A DNA stretch of 32,000 bases from an archaeon (lineage in GTDB: Archaea; Iainarchaeota; Iainarchaeia; Iainarchaeales; CSSED10-239), in contig JBBABY010000001.1 of NCBI GenBank assembly GCA_041657425.1, positions 138,494-170,493 of the forward strand, in the 5' to 3' direction. The notes beneath the pieces were generated by a model. The model was not told the DNA's origin and did no database searches. It saw only the letters and a list, made by a program, of their open reading frames with translations. Of the stretch, positions 9,567 through 19,134 are shown one piece after another; position 1 is the first letter of the stretch; each line of letters opens with the position of its first letter. A program made the translations under genes and the position numbers.

Positions 9567-10937
9567 ATGTTAAAAAATACTAAAAAAAATATTTTTGTTG
9601 ATGAGAACAGCAAAATAAAAATTATTTCTAATAAAACTCTATTTTCTAAACTGGATAAGTCTGCAATCGCTCAGCTTTATTCTATATCTAAACTTCCAAG
9701 CGTTTCTAATTATATTTGTGGTTTCCCTGATCTTCATATTGGTCACGGTGTTCCTGTTGGTTCTGCTTTTGCAAGTGATTTAGAAAATAATCCTATCATC
9801 AGTCCAAAGGCCGTTGGTGTTGACATTAATTGTGGAATACGTTTAGTAAGAACAAATCTTTTTTCTAAAGACATAACTGATAAGCAGTATAAAGAAATTA
9901 TTAAAGCTTTTGAAAAGCTTCCAATCGGTCTTTCAAAAGATGGAGTAAAGATAACAAAACAAGATTTACTTGATATTTGTTATGAAGGAATAGAATGGGC
10001 CGTAAAGCACAGTTACGCAGATAAGTTTGATAAGTTATATACAGATCATTCCGGTTGTTTTGAAGATGCTAGCCCAATACATTTTTCAAAATCTATGATT
10101 GAAACAGGATTACAACAATTAGGAACACTTGGTCAAGGCAATCATTTTATTGATTTAGTTGTTGTTGATGAGTTGTTTGATAAAGCTTTTTGTAAAGAAC
10201 ATAAAATTCAAAAAGATGAATTAATGATAATGCTTCACACAGGCTCTCGTGGTCTTGGCTTTCAAGTAGCAAGTGATTATACAAATAAAGCAACTAATAA
10301 AGAACCATTTGAATATTTTGATTTTAATTCAAAGCTTGGTCAAGAATATTATGCAAGCATGTGTGCGGCAGCAAATTTTGCATATTGTAATCGCGCAGTT
10401 TTAACAAATACAGTAGTTCAAGCACTAGAAAAAACATTAAATCTTGGACAAAGCGAAATCCACCCGAAACTTCTTTACGATTTATCGCACAACATCGCAA
10501 CAATCGAAGTGCATAATAAAAATAAATATTTAGTTACAAGAAAAGGTGCAGTTCGTTGCAACTTACCTGAAGAACAAAATGCTCGTTCAAGATTTTTTGA
10601 AACTGGAACTCCAATTATTCTTCCTGGTTCAATGCTTGACACAAGTCACGTTCTTTTACCAAAGCCAAAAATAAAGAAAGAAACATTTTCAACAATTGCT
10701 CATGGCTGCGGAAGAAAAATGTCAAGAACTGATGCAAAGTCAAAAATTACAGCAATACAACTAAAGCAAGATCTTCTAAAGAAAGGAATCTATCTTTCAG
10801 GTCATTCAGAAAATGTATTAAGAGAAGAAAATCCTGCAGCTTACAAATCATCAGCAGAAGTTATTGATTCAATAGTTGGCGCTGGCCTTGCAAAAAAAGC
10901 ATTTAGTTTAAAACCAAAAGTAGTAATCACAGGCTAA
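9567..10937 (+). CDS. rtcB: RNA-splicing ligase RtcB
   Basis: 456 aa with GFPDLHIGHGVPVG, GVDINCGIR, GQGNHFIDL, HTGSRGLG and HGCGR blocks. No intein is present. Confidence 0.95.
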   Translation: MLKNTKKNIFVDENSKIKIISNKTLFSKLDKSAIAQLYSISKLPSVSNYICGFPDLHIGHGVPVGSAFASDLENNPIISPKAVGVDINCGIRLVRTNLFSKDITDKQYKEIIKAFEKLPIGLSKDGVKITKQDLLDICYEGIEWAVKHSYADKFDKLYTDHSGCFEDASPIHFSKSMIETGLQQLGTLGQGNHFIDLVVVDELFDKAFCKEHKIQKDELMIMLHTGSRGLGFQVASDYTNKATNKEPFEYFDFNSKLGQEYYASMCAAANFAYCNRAVLTNTVVQALEKTLNLGQSEIHPKLLYDLSHNIATIEVHNKNKYLVTRKGAVRCNLPEEQNARSRFFETGTPIILPGSMLDTSHVLLPKPKIKKETFSTIAHGCGRKMSRTDAKSKITAIQLKQDLLKKGIYLSGHSENVLREENPAAYKSSAEVIDSIVGAGLAKKAFSLKPKVVITG

Positions 10938-10957
10938 AAATAAAAGGAGAAATAAAC

Positions 10958-11971
10958 ATGCATGACATAAAACTATTATCTTGTAAATCAGGAGAGCATT
11001 TTGCAAAGAGTATTTTGATTAATCTTAATGAACTATTAGCAAAAGAAAACAATCACACAATTTCTTTAACTCCAGTTCAAGAAACAAGGTTTGCAAATAC
11101 TGAGATTAAATCAAATATTTTAGAATCAATAAGAGGCACAAATGTTTTTATTGTTCAAGATGTTTCTAATAATTCAAATGGAATGTCTGTTGATGATAAT
11201 TTAAGAGCGCTAATTACTTTAATTGATGCAGCAAGAGTTGCAAGTGCAAGAAGAGTGTCAGTTATTCTTCCAGTTTTTCCATATGCTCGTCAAGATAAGA
11301 TCTGGGGAAGAGAATGTTTAACTGCAAGAATCATTGCAAGAGAATTAGAAATGGCCGGAGCAGAGCAAGTAATTACTCTTGATATTCACAATCCTGCAAT
11401 TACTGGTTTTTTTGAAAAGGCAATTTTAGAAAACCTTTATGCTAAAAGAGCAATAAGAAGATATATCGTTGATAATATTTCAACTGAAAGTCTAGTAATT
11501 TCTTCTCCAGATGTTGGAGGAATGAAAAGAGCAACTGAACTTGCAAGTAAACTTGGAGTTGGAGTTGTTTCAATTTATAAAGAACGCGATTATTCTAAAG
11601 CAAACCAAGTTGATAAAATGGAATTGATTGGTAATGTTAAAGGGAAGAATGTAATTTTAGTTGATGATATGCTTGATACTGGTGGAACACTAGTTAGTGC
11701 AGTAAATACTTTAAAAGAAAAAGGAGCAAATAAAGTTTATTTTGCTTGTTCTTTAGGGTTATTAAACGGCTCAGCAGTTTCAAGAATAGATGAACTTTAC
11801 AAAAATAAAATGATAGAGAAAGTAATTGTAACAGATGCAGTGTATAGAGAAGAAGATTTTACAACGGCCCACCCTTGGCTTGTAATTGTTGAAATCAGTC
11901 CTTACTTTGCAAAAGCAATTTACAATATACAATTCAAGCAATCAATAAATCAGATGTTTGATAAAGACTAA
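10958..11971 (+). CDS. prs: Ribose-phosphate pyrophosphokinase (PRPP synthetase)
   Basis: 337 aa with FPYARQDK, DIHNPAITGFF, SPDVGGMKRA and DDMLDTGGTL motifs. A GGAG SD lies upstream. Confidence 0.92.
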   Translation: MHDIKLLSCKSGEHFAKSILINLNELLAKENNHTISLTPVQETRFANTEIKSNILESIRGTNVFIVQDVSNNSNGMSVDDNLRALITLIDAARVASARRVSVILPVFPYARQDKIWGRECLTARIIARELEMAGAEQVITLDIHNPAITGFFEKAILENLYAKRAIRRYIVDNISTESLVISSPDVGGMKRATELASKLGVGVVSIYKERDYSKANQVDKMELIGNVKGKNVILVDDMLDTGGTLVSAVNTLKEKGANKVYFACSLGLLNGSAVSRIDELYKNKMIEKVIVTDAVYREEDFTTAHPWLVIVEISPYFAKAIYNIQFKQSINQMFDKD

Positions 11972-12007
11972 ATTATTATAATCTTCCTCAAACAGTTTTC
12001 AATTTCG

Positions 12008-13381
12008 TTATCTTGGTGGATTATTTATTAGATAAGGATATCCTTCATTCTTTATGGAATCAATATTCCAAATACTTCCAAAATCCCAATCTGTAAATGT
12101 ACTTTGGGTTTTCATTTCTGTTGTTGTTTTACCATCTATTTCTGAAATATTTTGAGCATTATAACCTTTATCTATTTCTGAAGTATTAATGTCCCAAAAA
12201 TTATTTTCTAAATAAAAAATAGAATCTTCTTGTGCAGAGCCAATTAATCCTCCAAAAACATCATACTCTTGCCAGACTATGCCTATAGAATAATTATTAA
12301 CAATATTTGTGTCGCCAGCATCATCCACGAGCATGCCAATTAATCCGCCATCAGTATTCAAGCTTCTAACAGAAGCAAAAGAATAATTATTTTGTATATT
12401 GCCTCCACCAGCCCCAATTAATCCACCTACAATAGAATCTTCCGCATAAACAACACCTTCAGAATAATTATAATTAATGTTTTTACCATAATTTGTTCCA
12501 ATTAATCCACCAACGTAGGAATATCCTGAAACAAAACCTGTAGAATTACTATTCGTAATAATTTCTGCAGCATTGTAGCCAACTAGTCCTCCAACACGAG
12601 AATGTCCTGAAATATTTACATCTTCTAAACCTACGTTTTTTATTCCTGAACCAGAAGATGCATATCCAAATAATCCTATATTGTCTGTTGTTGGTCTATT
12701 AATATATAAATTACTAATTTTTCTTTTATTTCCATTAAAAATTCCAGTAAATCCCACAGAATCATTCCCAATTGGCACCCATCCATTTACATCAAGTCTA
12801 GAGAAACATTGTAAATCAATATCTTTTCCAAGAGTATAGTTCCAATCAAGATTATCTCTTACTGCGTTTAAATCTTCTGCTGAGCAAATAATTTTAGGGT
12901 TATCTTCTGAACCATCTCCTGTAGAGGTACAAACCATTTCTGGATCTCTTTGCTTAATGTCTATGTAAGTATTATCTTCAGTGATTAACTGAATTGTCAT
13001 CTCTGGACTTTCTAAACTGTATTCATAAAGACAATCAAGCGAAAGAATGTTTGTACTATTATTTGTTAGAGTAAATGGTGTTGATAATGTTATTGATTCC
13101 ATATCTGGAATTTCAAGAACTTTATAACTTGCTATTACTACTGGTTCTTGAATATTAGATGGGGGCTGATAATTTACTTGAAGAACTCCATCACCGAAAG
13201 ATTTAGGATATACAAATACTCCTGCATCTGAAACTGATAATTCCTTTATACTATTTGTCTTGTCTAAGGAAGTGTTTGTAAATCCTTTTCCAAAAGCAAG
13301 AATAATAGTTACAAGTATAACTGCAACTACAACTAAAAGTATTGTTGCAATGATTGGAGTAATTGCTTTATTATTTTGCAT
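12008..13381 (-). CDS. Archaeal type IV pilin-like (class III signal peptide) protein with GLUG-motif repeat adhesin domain
   Basis: The N-terminus MQNNKAITPIIATILLVVVAVILV is the archaeal pilin/archaellin-type signal. The C-terminal half carries about 6 GLUG-type repeats (GLFGYA, VGGLVGYN, VGGLIGTN, VGGLIGAG, DGGLIGML, FGGLIGSA). Confidence 0.7.
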   Translation of the reverse strand: MQNNKAITPIIATILLVVVAVILVTIILAFGKGFTNTSLDKTNSIKELSVSDAGVFVYPKSFGDGVLQVNYQPPSNIQEPVVIASYKVLEIPDMESITLSTPFTLTNNSTNILSLDCLYEYSLESPEMTIQLITEDNTYIDIKQRDPEMVCTSTGDGSEDNPKIICSAEDLNAVRDNLDWNYTLGKDIDLQCFSRLDVNGWVPIGNDSVGFTGIFNGNKRKISNLYINRPTTDNIGLFGYASSGSGIKNVGLEDVNISGHSRVGGLVGYNAAEIITNSNSTGFVSGYSYVGGLIGTNYGKNINYNYSEGVVYAEDSIVGGLIGAGGGNIQNNYSFASVRSLNTDGGLIGMLVDDAGDTNIVNNYSIGIVWQEYDVFGGLIGSAQEDSIFYLENNFWDINTSEIDKGYNAQNISEIDGKTTTEMKTQSTFTDWDFGSIWNIDSIKNEGYPYLINNPPR

Positions 13382-13485
13382 ATATTTATTATAGAAATAT
13401 CTCTTTTTAATTCTTTTCTATCTTTTTATATTTAGTTCTAATTAATTTTGTTGTTAACTTCAAGCAATAACAACAAACAAAAAAC

Positions 13486-13490
13486 GGAGG
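13486..13490 (+). promoter_or_regulatory. Shine-Dalgarno-like GGAGG for ppdK
   Basis: GGAGG lies 8 nt upstream of the ATG at 13499, which supports that ATG over the TTG at 13448. Confidence 0.5.
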
Positions 13491-13498
13491 CATTATTT

Positions 13499-16144
13499 AT
13501 GAAAGCAGTATCTAATAATTCTAAAACCAAGAAATGGGTGTATGATTTTTCTGAAGGTAATAAAGAAATGAAAAATCTTCTTGGTGGTAAAGGCGCAAAT
13601 CTTGCAGAAATGGCGTCATTAAAATTACCAGTTCCAAACGGGTTTATTATAACAACAGAAACTTGTGCGTATTATTCAGAGAATAAAAAATGGCCAAGCG
13701 ATCTAGAGAAACAAATACAATTACATTTAACAAAATTAGAAAAAGAAATGGGAAAGAAATTAGGAGATCCAAAAGATCCTCTTTTAGTTTCTGTTCGTTC
13801 AGGTGCGGCTTCTTCAATGCCTGGAATGATGGACACAATTCTTAATTTAGGTTTAAACGATAAGACTGTAGTCACTCTTGCAAACAAAACAAAAAACGAA
13901 AGATTTGCATATGATTCTTATAGAAGATTTATTCAAATGTTTGGAGATGTTGTGCTAGAAGTTCCACACAAGCATTTTGAAGAAATATTAACAAAAGCAA
14001 AACTAAATAAAAAAGTAAAGTTTGATACTGATTTAACATCAAATGATTTACAAAAAATAATTGTAGAGTATAAAGCAATTGTTAAGAAACACACAAAGAA
14101 AGAATTCCCCCAAGATCCAAAAGATCAATTATACGAGGCAATTAATGCAGTATTCAAGTCCTGGAATAACGACAGAGCAATTGTCTATAGACAGTTAAAT
14201 AATATTAAAGGTTTACTAGGAACCGCAGTAAACATCCAAGCAATGGTGTTTGGAAATAAAGGAGACAATTCAGGAACAGGCGTTTGTTTTTCAAGAAATC
14301 CTTCAACAGGCGAAAATAAACTTTACGGAGAATTATTATTCAATGCTCAAGGGGAAGATGTTGTTGCAGGAATAAGAACGCCACTACCAATCACTGATTT
14401 ACAAAAAAGAATGCCAAAGGTTTACAATGAGTTTGTAGCAATATATAAAAAATTAGAAAAGCACTACAAAGATATGCTTGACATGGAGTTTACAATTGAA
14501 GATGGAAAGTTATACATGCTTCAAGTTAGAGTTGGTAAGAGAACAGCAAAAGCCGCAGTCCAGATTGCAGTTGATATGGTTTCAGAAAAATTAATTTCAA
14601 AAGAAGAAGCACTTCTAAGAATTGAACCAAATTCTCTAAATCAATTACTTCACAAAACAATTGACCCAAAAGCAAGAGTAAAAGCAAAAGTTATTGTTAG
14701 AGGACTTCCAGCTTCTCCAGGTGCAGTTTATGGAACAATTGTCTTTGACGCAAAAGAAGCAGTTGATGCTGCTGAAGAGGGAAAGAAAGTAATTCTTGTA
14801 AGAACAGAAACTTCTCCAGAAGATATTAAAGGAATGCATTCAGCTCAAGGAATATTAACAGCAAGAGGAGGAATGACAAGTCACGCCGCAGTTGTTGCTC
14901 GTGGAATGGGTAAGTGTTGTGTTGCAGGTTGTTCTGATATCTTAGTTGATGAGTATGATAAGAAAATGATTATCAAAGGAAAGACTTACACAGACAAAGA
15001 CACAATAACTTTAGATGGAGCAACAGGAGAAGTTTTTGAAGGAAGACTAGATGTTGTTGACCCTGAACTTTCCGGAGCATTTAAAACAATAATGACTTGG
15101 GCAGATGGTATAAGAAGATTAAAAGTTAGAACAAATGCCGACACTCCAAAAGATGCAGAAGTTGCAGTTAAGTTTGGTGCAGAAGGAATTGGTCTTTGTA
15201 GAACTGAACATATGTTTTTTGAAGGAGACAGAATTAAAGCAGTAAGAGAAATGATTCTTTCAAGTAATTTAGAAGGCAGACAAAAAGCTTTAGCAAAACT
15301 TCTTCCAATGCAAAGAGGAGATTTCATAGGGTTATTCAAGGCAATGGGAAACAAACCAGTAACAATAAGATTACTTGATCCACCTCTTCACGAGTTCCTT
15401 CCAAAAGAAGACACAGATATTGTTGAACTGTCAAGAGAAATGAAAATTCCAGTAGCTGAATTAAAAAGAAAGATTGATGACTTGTTTGAATTCAATCCAA
15501 TGTTAGGCCACAGAGGATGTAGACTTGGAATAACTTTTCCAGAGATAACAGAAATGCAAACAAGAGCAATCATTGAAGCAGCAATTGAAGTAAATAAAAA
15601 AGGTCAAAAAGTAATTCCTGAGATCATGATACCATTAGTAGGAAAAACAAAAGAATTGACTCTTCAAAAAGAAGTAGTCTTTAAAACAATAGAAAAAGTT
15701 CTAAAAGAAAAGAAAGCAAAGCTTGATTTCTTGTTTGGAACAATGATTGAAATCCCAAGAGCAGCTTTAACAGCAGACGAGATTGCAAAAGAAGCTGAGT
15801 TCTTTTCCTTTGGTACAAATGATTTAACACAAATGACTTTAGGACTAAGTAGAGATGATGCAGGAAAGTTCCTTCCTCAGTATGTTGATCTTGATATTTA
15901 CAATAGAGATCCATTTGTAACAATTGATCAAGAAGGCGTAGGAATGATTATGAAAATAGCAATTGAAAAAGGAAGAAAAGTTAAACCAAAATTAAAGATG
16001 GGAATTTGTGGAGAACATGGAGGAGATCCAGAGTCTGTTAAGTTCTGTCACAGGATTGGTTTAGACTATGTTTCTTGCTCTCCATTTAGAGTCCCAATTG
16101 CAAGACTAGCAGCTGCTCAAGCAGTAATTGAAAAGAAGAAGTAA
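13499..16144 (+). CDS. ppdK: Pyruvate, phosphate dikinase
   Basis: KKWVYDFSEG...GGKGANLAEM N-terminus, phosphohistidine region GGMTSHAAVVARGMGK and C-terminal PEP-utilizer block GICGEHGGDP. The start is set at the SD-preceded ATG; the track's ORF begins at TTG 13448. Confidence 0.95.
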   Translation: MKAVSNNSKTKKWVYDFSEGNKEMKNLLGGKGANLAEMASLKLPVPNGFIITTETCAYYSENKKWPSDLEKQIQLHLTKLEKEMGKKLGDPKDPLLVSVRSGAASSMPGMMDTILNLGLNDKTVVTLANKTKNERFAYDSYRRFIQMFGDVVLEVPHKHFEEILTKAKLNKKVKFDTDLTSNDLQKIIVEYKAIVKKHTKKEFPQDPKDQLYEAINAVFKSWNNDRAIVYRQLNNIKGLLGTAVNIQAMVFGNKGDNSGTGVCFSRNPSTGENKLYGELLFNAQGEDVVAGIRTPLPITDLQKRMPKVYNEFVAIYKKLEKHYKDMLDMEFTIEDGKLYMLQVRVGKRTAKAAVQIAVDMVSEKLISKEEALLRIEPNSLNQLLHKTIDPKARVKAKVIVRGLPASPGAVYGTIVFDAKEAVDAAEEGKKVILVRTETSPEDIKGMHSAQGILTARGGMTSHAAVVARGMGKCCVAGCSDILVDEYDKKMIIKGKTYTDKDTITLDGATGEVFEGRLDVVDPELSGAFKTIMTWADGIRRLKVRTNADTPKDAEVAVKFGAEGIGLCRTEHMFFEGDRIKAVREMILSSNLEGRQKALAKLLPMQRGDFIGLFKAMGNKPVTIRLLDPPLHEFLPKEDTDIVELSREMKIPVAELKRKIDDLFEFNPMLGHRGCRLGITFPEITEMQTRAIIEAAIEVNKKGQKVIPEIMIPLVGKTKELTLQKEVVFKTIEKVLKEKKAKLDFLFGTMIEIPRAALTADEIAKEAEFFSFGTNDLTQMTLGLSRDDAGKFLPQYVDLDIYNRDPFVTIDQEGVGMIMKIAIEKGRKVKPKLKMGICGEHGGDPESVKFCHRIGLDYVSCSPFRVPIARLAAAQAVIEKKK

Positions 16145-16169
16145 TTCTTTTCTTTTCTTTCTTCTTTTT
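16145..16169 (+). terminator. T-rich tract downstream of ppdK (oligo-T archaeal terminator candidate)
   Basis: TTCTTTTCTTTTCTTTCTTCTTTTT follows the stop codon directly. Confidence 0.35.
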
Positions 16170-16229
16170 AGATTATAACAAGATTATAATAAGGTGCTTA
16201 TTTAATACTTTTGTTACAAATAATATATT

Positions 16230-16487
16230 ATGATTGTAAGTTGGACTAGACATGCACGAGTGCGGTTTACAGAAAGAGCGACAAAATATAATATTAATTA
16301 TGGCGATATAGAGTTTGAAGTCAAGCGTCAAAAAGTAAAAATAAAAGAAGAGGATAAAATAAAAACGATCTTTAAAATTAATCCTATTTTTTTAACAGTT
16401 GTTAAAAAAGAAACTAAAGATTATATTTTTGTGTTGACATTATGGGAATCAAGTGAAGAAGAGGAAAGATTATGGAAAACGAAATAA
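16230..16487 (+). CDS. DUF4258-like small toxin candidate
   Basis: 85 aa. The N-terminal SWTRHARVRFTERATKYNINYGDIEFEV resembles the HA..R..eRgI signature of DUF4258 toxins. It overlaps the next ORF by 16 nt. Confidence 0.45.
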   Translation: MIVSWTRHARVRFTERATKYNINYGDIEFEVKRQKVKIKEEDKIKTIFKINPIFLTVVKKETKDYIFVLTLWESSEEEERLWKTK

Positions 16488-16804
16488 AATGTCATTTTTG
16501 CGGTGGTGTCGCAGTTATTAGATATGAAGATATTGTAATAGATGACGGAAAAATAATTATTAAGAATGAACCATATTATGAATGTAAGAAATGTAAAGAA
16601 CAATTCTGTACAAGTGAACAGATGTTTGCATTAGATAAAAGATTACATGAAAATTTTACATTTAAACGAAACATAATTACAGCAGGAAAAAGTCTTGCAA
16701 TAACTATTCCAGCAGATATTGTAACTCATTATAAATTAAAAAAAGGTAAAAAGGTTTCAATTCTTGCAGAACCAAAAGGCATAAAGATTAAATTCGATTA
16801 TTAA
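16472..16804 (+). CDS. Antitoxin candidate: YgiT/MqsA-type zinc ribbon fused to AbrB/SpoVT (MazE-like) domain
   Basis: 110 aa. CHFCGG...YYECKKCKEQF gives two CxxC pairs, and GKSLAITIPADIVTHYKLKKGKKVSI is a swapped-hairpin AbrB-like motif. Confidence 0.55.
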   Translation: MENEIKCHFCGGVAVIRYEDIVIDDGKIIIKNEPYYECKKCKEQFCTSEQMFALDKRLHENFTFKRNIITAGKSLAITIPADIVTHYKLKKGKKVSILAEPKGIKIKFDY

Positions 16805-16873
16805 CTTGGGTTTCTAATATCTTTATAAATTATTTGTTGTTTTGCTATTACTATAAATTACAGGGTATTATCT

Positions 16874-17146
16874 ATGATAGATGCACAAATATTAATTATT
16901 TTATTTATTAACTTTTTGTTAATTATAACTTTAGTCGTGATTCTTATAAGATTTGCATCAAAAAAGTTTAAGGAACAACAAGATGATATAAAAGATAGAC
17001 TTGCAGACATTGAAGAGAAATATACTAAGTTAGATGTTCAATTCTCCAGAGTTCTATCCTTGCATGTTTCTCAACAAGTAGCCGATCTAGAAAAACCAAA
17101 AGTGCTTCTTCAAAATACTACAAAAAAAGTTAAGAAAAGTAAATAA
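16874..17146 (+). CDS. Small single-pass membrane protein, function unknown
   Basis: 90 aa with an N-terminal TM (ILIILFINFLLIITLVVILI) and a charged helical tail. Confidence 0.45.
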   Translation: MIDAQILIILFINFLLIITLVVILIRFASKKFKEQQDDIKDRLADIEEKYTKLDVQFSRVLSLHVSQQVADLEKPKVLLQNTTKKVKKSK

Positions 17147-17214
17147 ACTGGCGTTTCTTTCTATTTTTTAAATCCTTCTATCTTATTTTATAAATATATT
17201 AAGATGTGATAATT

Positions 17215-17646
17215 ATGGTTCCTAAAATAAAACCAATCGTTAAAGTACAATTAAAGAAAAGGCCTTTAAGAAGAATTTCTGAAGATAAAACGTCTGCGTT
17301 AAAAAATTTTATTATAGAATTAAAAAAAGAAATTCCTCAAATTCACGAGAGCTATAAAAAGATAGATAAGTTTAATAAAGATTATAAAATCGATTTACTA
17401 CATTTTGAATCCGCTTTACGAAATCAGCACACGTCTCCAGAAGTTAAGCAAAATTTTCAGAAATTAAAATTTTCTGCGCAATTGATTTTACAACATTTAG
17501 GAGAATTATCCAATTTAGCGAAAGTAGGAAAAGGCAAGGATAAAATAATACTCGGTAAATTGAAAATAATACAAATAGAAAATTTACTTTCTCAATATGC
17601 CATTGAAAAGAAGAATTTACAAGAACTATTAAGAGAAAGATATTAA
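17215..17646 (+). CDS. Hypothetical basic helical protein
   Basis: The ATG at 17215 lies about 20 nt downstream of the TATA-like TTTTATAAATATATT; the track's GTG at 17206 is an alternative start. No family recognised. Its stop overlaps the stop of the convergent endoQ. Confidence 0.45.
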   Translation: MVPKIKPIVKVQLKKRPLRRISEDKTSALKNFIIELKKEIPQIHESYKKIDKFNKDYKIDLLHFESALRNQHTSPEVKQNFQKLKFSAQLILQHLGELSNLAKVGKGKDKIILGKLKIIQIENLLSQYAIEKKNLQELLRERY

Positions 17647-18926
17647 AATAACGTTTTTTGAACTATTTTTATTTCTTGTTCTTTTAGTATTTCTGCTTCT
17701 TTTTTAAGTTTTTCTTCTTCTGTATAACAAATAAATGGAACTCCATAGAATCCGGCCCCACCAGGCCTAAATACTACAAATCCTTTCCTAAAGGCCATAA
17801 CTAGTTTTGCAATATCTATGTCAATTTTTTCTAATTCTTTTTCTGATATTTCGAGCATGACTTCAATTTCTGTATTTTTAGAAATTATAGTATTATATTT
17901 TTCAATAACGTCTTTATGATAAATATCTTTTTTGCCAAGTTCTGTTTGTATAATTTGTGCGAGTGGTATTAAGTATTTATATTCTGGTCTTTTTACTATT
18001 GGTTTAAGTTCAAGATTGCCTTGTTCTTTAGAAATTTCTTTAATTCTGTCTTCTACTCCTTTTTTCAAAATCCCCCTGCACTTCAAGCATCTCCAGTTAT
18101 TACTTTCTGCAATTTCTAAAGAATGTATTTTTCCACATTTTTTACAAGCGGTTTTATTATATTTTCCTTCTTGAGGATTATATCCTACATTGAATAATAT
18201 TTTATTTTTCCCTTTGTCGTTTAAAAGTTCTTTTAAAGAATCAAAATTTGGTTTTTCAAGTTCTACACAAACAAATTCTCTGCCGATTCTATAACTATTT
18301 GGAGAGTGTGCATCAGAGAATGAAAAGAACTTTATATTTTCAAGTTCTGGAATTGTATTTGCACTATTCGTGTCTGCAGAAAGTCCGAGCTCTATAAATT
18401 TAATTTCTTTCCAGTTTTTACCATATGCTTCTTTAATAGAATTATTATTTGCATATATCCCAAAGTAGGGGGTAAATGCGTGTGCTGGTCCAATTAGAAC
18501 TTTGTGTTTAATACAAATATCAAGTAATTCTGAAGGCCCAATAGATAATCTTGGCCTTCCGCCTCCATAAACATTCATATCGCTTGAATATTTTTCAATT
18601 TCTTTTTTAAAATCAAGAACTTGTTTGAAATTTTTAAAGAAAATAAGATGATGCACTCTTCCTTTTGTTTCAACTTCAGTAGATAATATGAAATAAGTTC
18701 TTTTAGCTTTTGTTTCAATTTGATCTTCTTTGAAATAAAAGGTGTTCTCTTCTTCAAATAGGTTATCTTTAACATGATTAAACCATTCCGGATGTAATAT
18801 GTCTCCTGTTCCAAGAATATCTAAACCTTTAAATTTAGCTTCTTTTGCGAGTTCAGGAATACTCATATTTTTAGAAACTCCTGCGGCGTAAGGGGAATGA
18901 ATATGTAAGTCAATGTTATATTTCAT
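17643..18926 (-). CDS. endoQ: Endonuclease Q (PHP-domain, deaminated-base DNA repair endonuclease)
   Basis: 427 aa with DLHIHSPYAAGVSKNMS...KGLDILGTGDILHPEW, IGPAHAFTPY, ELGLSADT and SFSDAHSPNSYRIGREF. A zinc finger CKKCGK...WRCLKCRGILKKGVEDRI and a C-terminal RPGGAGFYG block complete the block order I recall for Pyrococcus EndoQ. Confidence 0.82.
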   Translation of the reverse strand: MKYNIDLHIHSPYAAGVSKNMSIPELAKEAKFKGLDILGTGDILHPEWFNHVKDNLFEEENTFYFKEDQIETKAKRTYFILSTEVETKGRVHHLIFFKNFKQVLDFKKEIEKYSSDMNVYGGGRPRLSIGPSELLDICIKHKVLIGPAHAFTPYFGIYANNNSIKEAYGKNWKEIKFIELGLSADTNSANTIPELENIKFFSFSDAHSPNSYRIGREFVCVELEKPNFDSLKELLNDKGKNKILFNVGYNPQEGKYNKTACKKCGKIHSLEIAESNNWRCLKCRGILKKGVEDRIKEISKEQGNLELKPIVKRPEYKYLIPLAQIIQTELGKKDIYHKDVIEKYNTIISKNTEIEVMLEISEKELEKIDIDIAKLVMAFRKGFVVFRPGGAGFYGVPFICYTEEEKLKKEAEILKEQEIKIVQKTLF

Positions 18927-19134
18927 ATACTTATATTATTCAAAAATATATATAATATGTTTGTTGGGAAAAATCGTAGGGTTTTATATAAACTACAGTC
19001 TATATTTCGAAATTTGTCTGTTTATAAACATTTCTAACCTATAATCTATATTAAGTTCAACCTTACAAACTTAATAACCTAATTACAATCTCACAAGTAA
19101 CCAGTAATAAAAAATTAAATTGGTGAAATAAATA

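Noticed and set aside
13448-13498. 17-codon N-terminal extension of ppdK from a TTG start (MLLTSSNNNKQKTEALF)
   Set aside because: The ATG at 13499 has a GGAGG 8 nt upstream, and PPDK homologs begin near the KKWVYDF block. The extension is low-complexity and probably untranslated.
13647-15923. Six antisense ORFs (60-122 aa) inside ppdK
   Set aside because: They lie wholly within a strongly supported conserved gene on the opposite strand and their peptides are low-complexity with no motifs. They are shadow ORFs.
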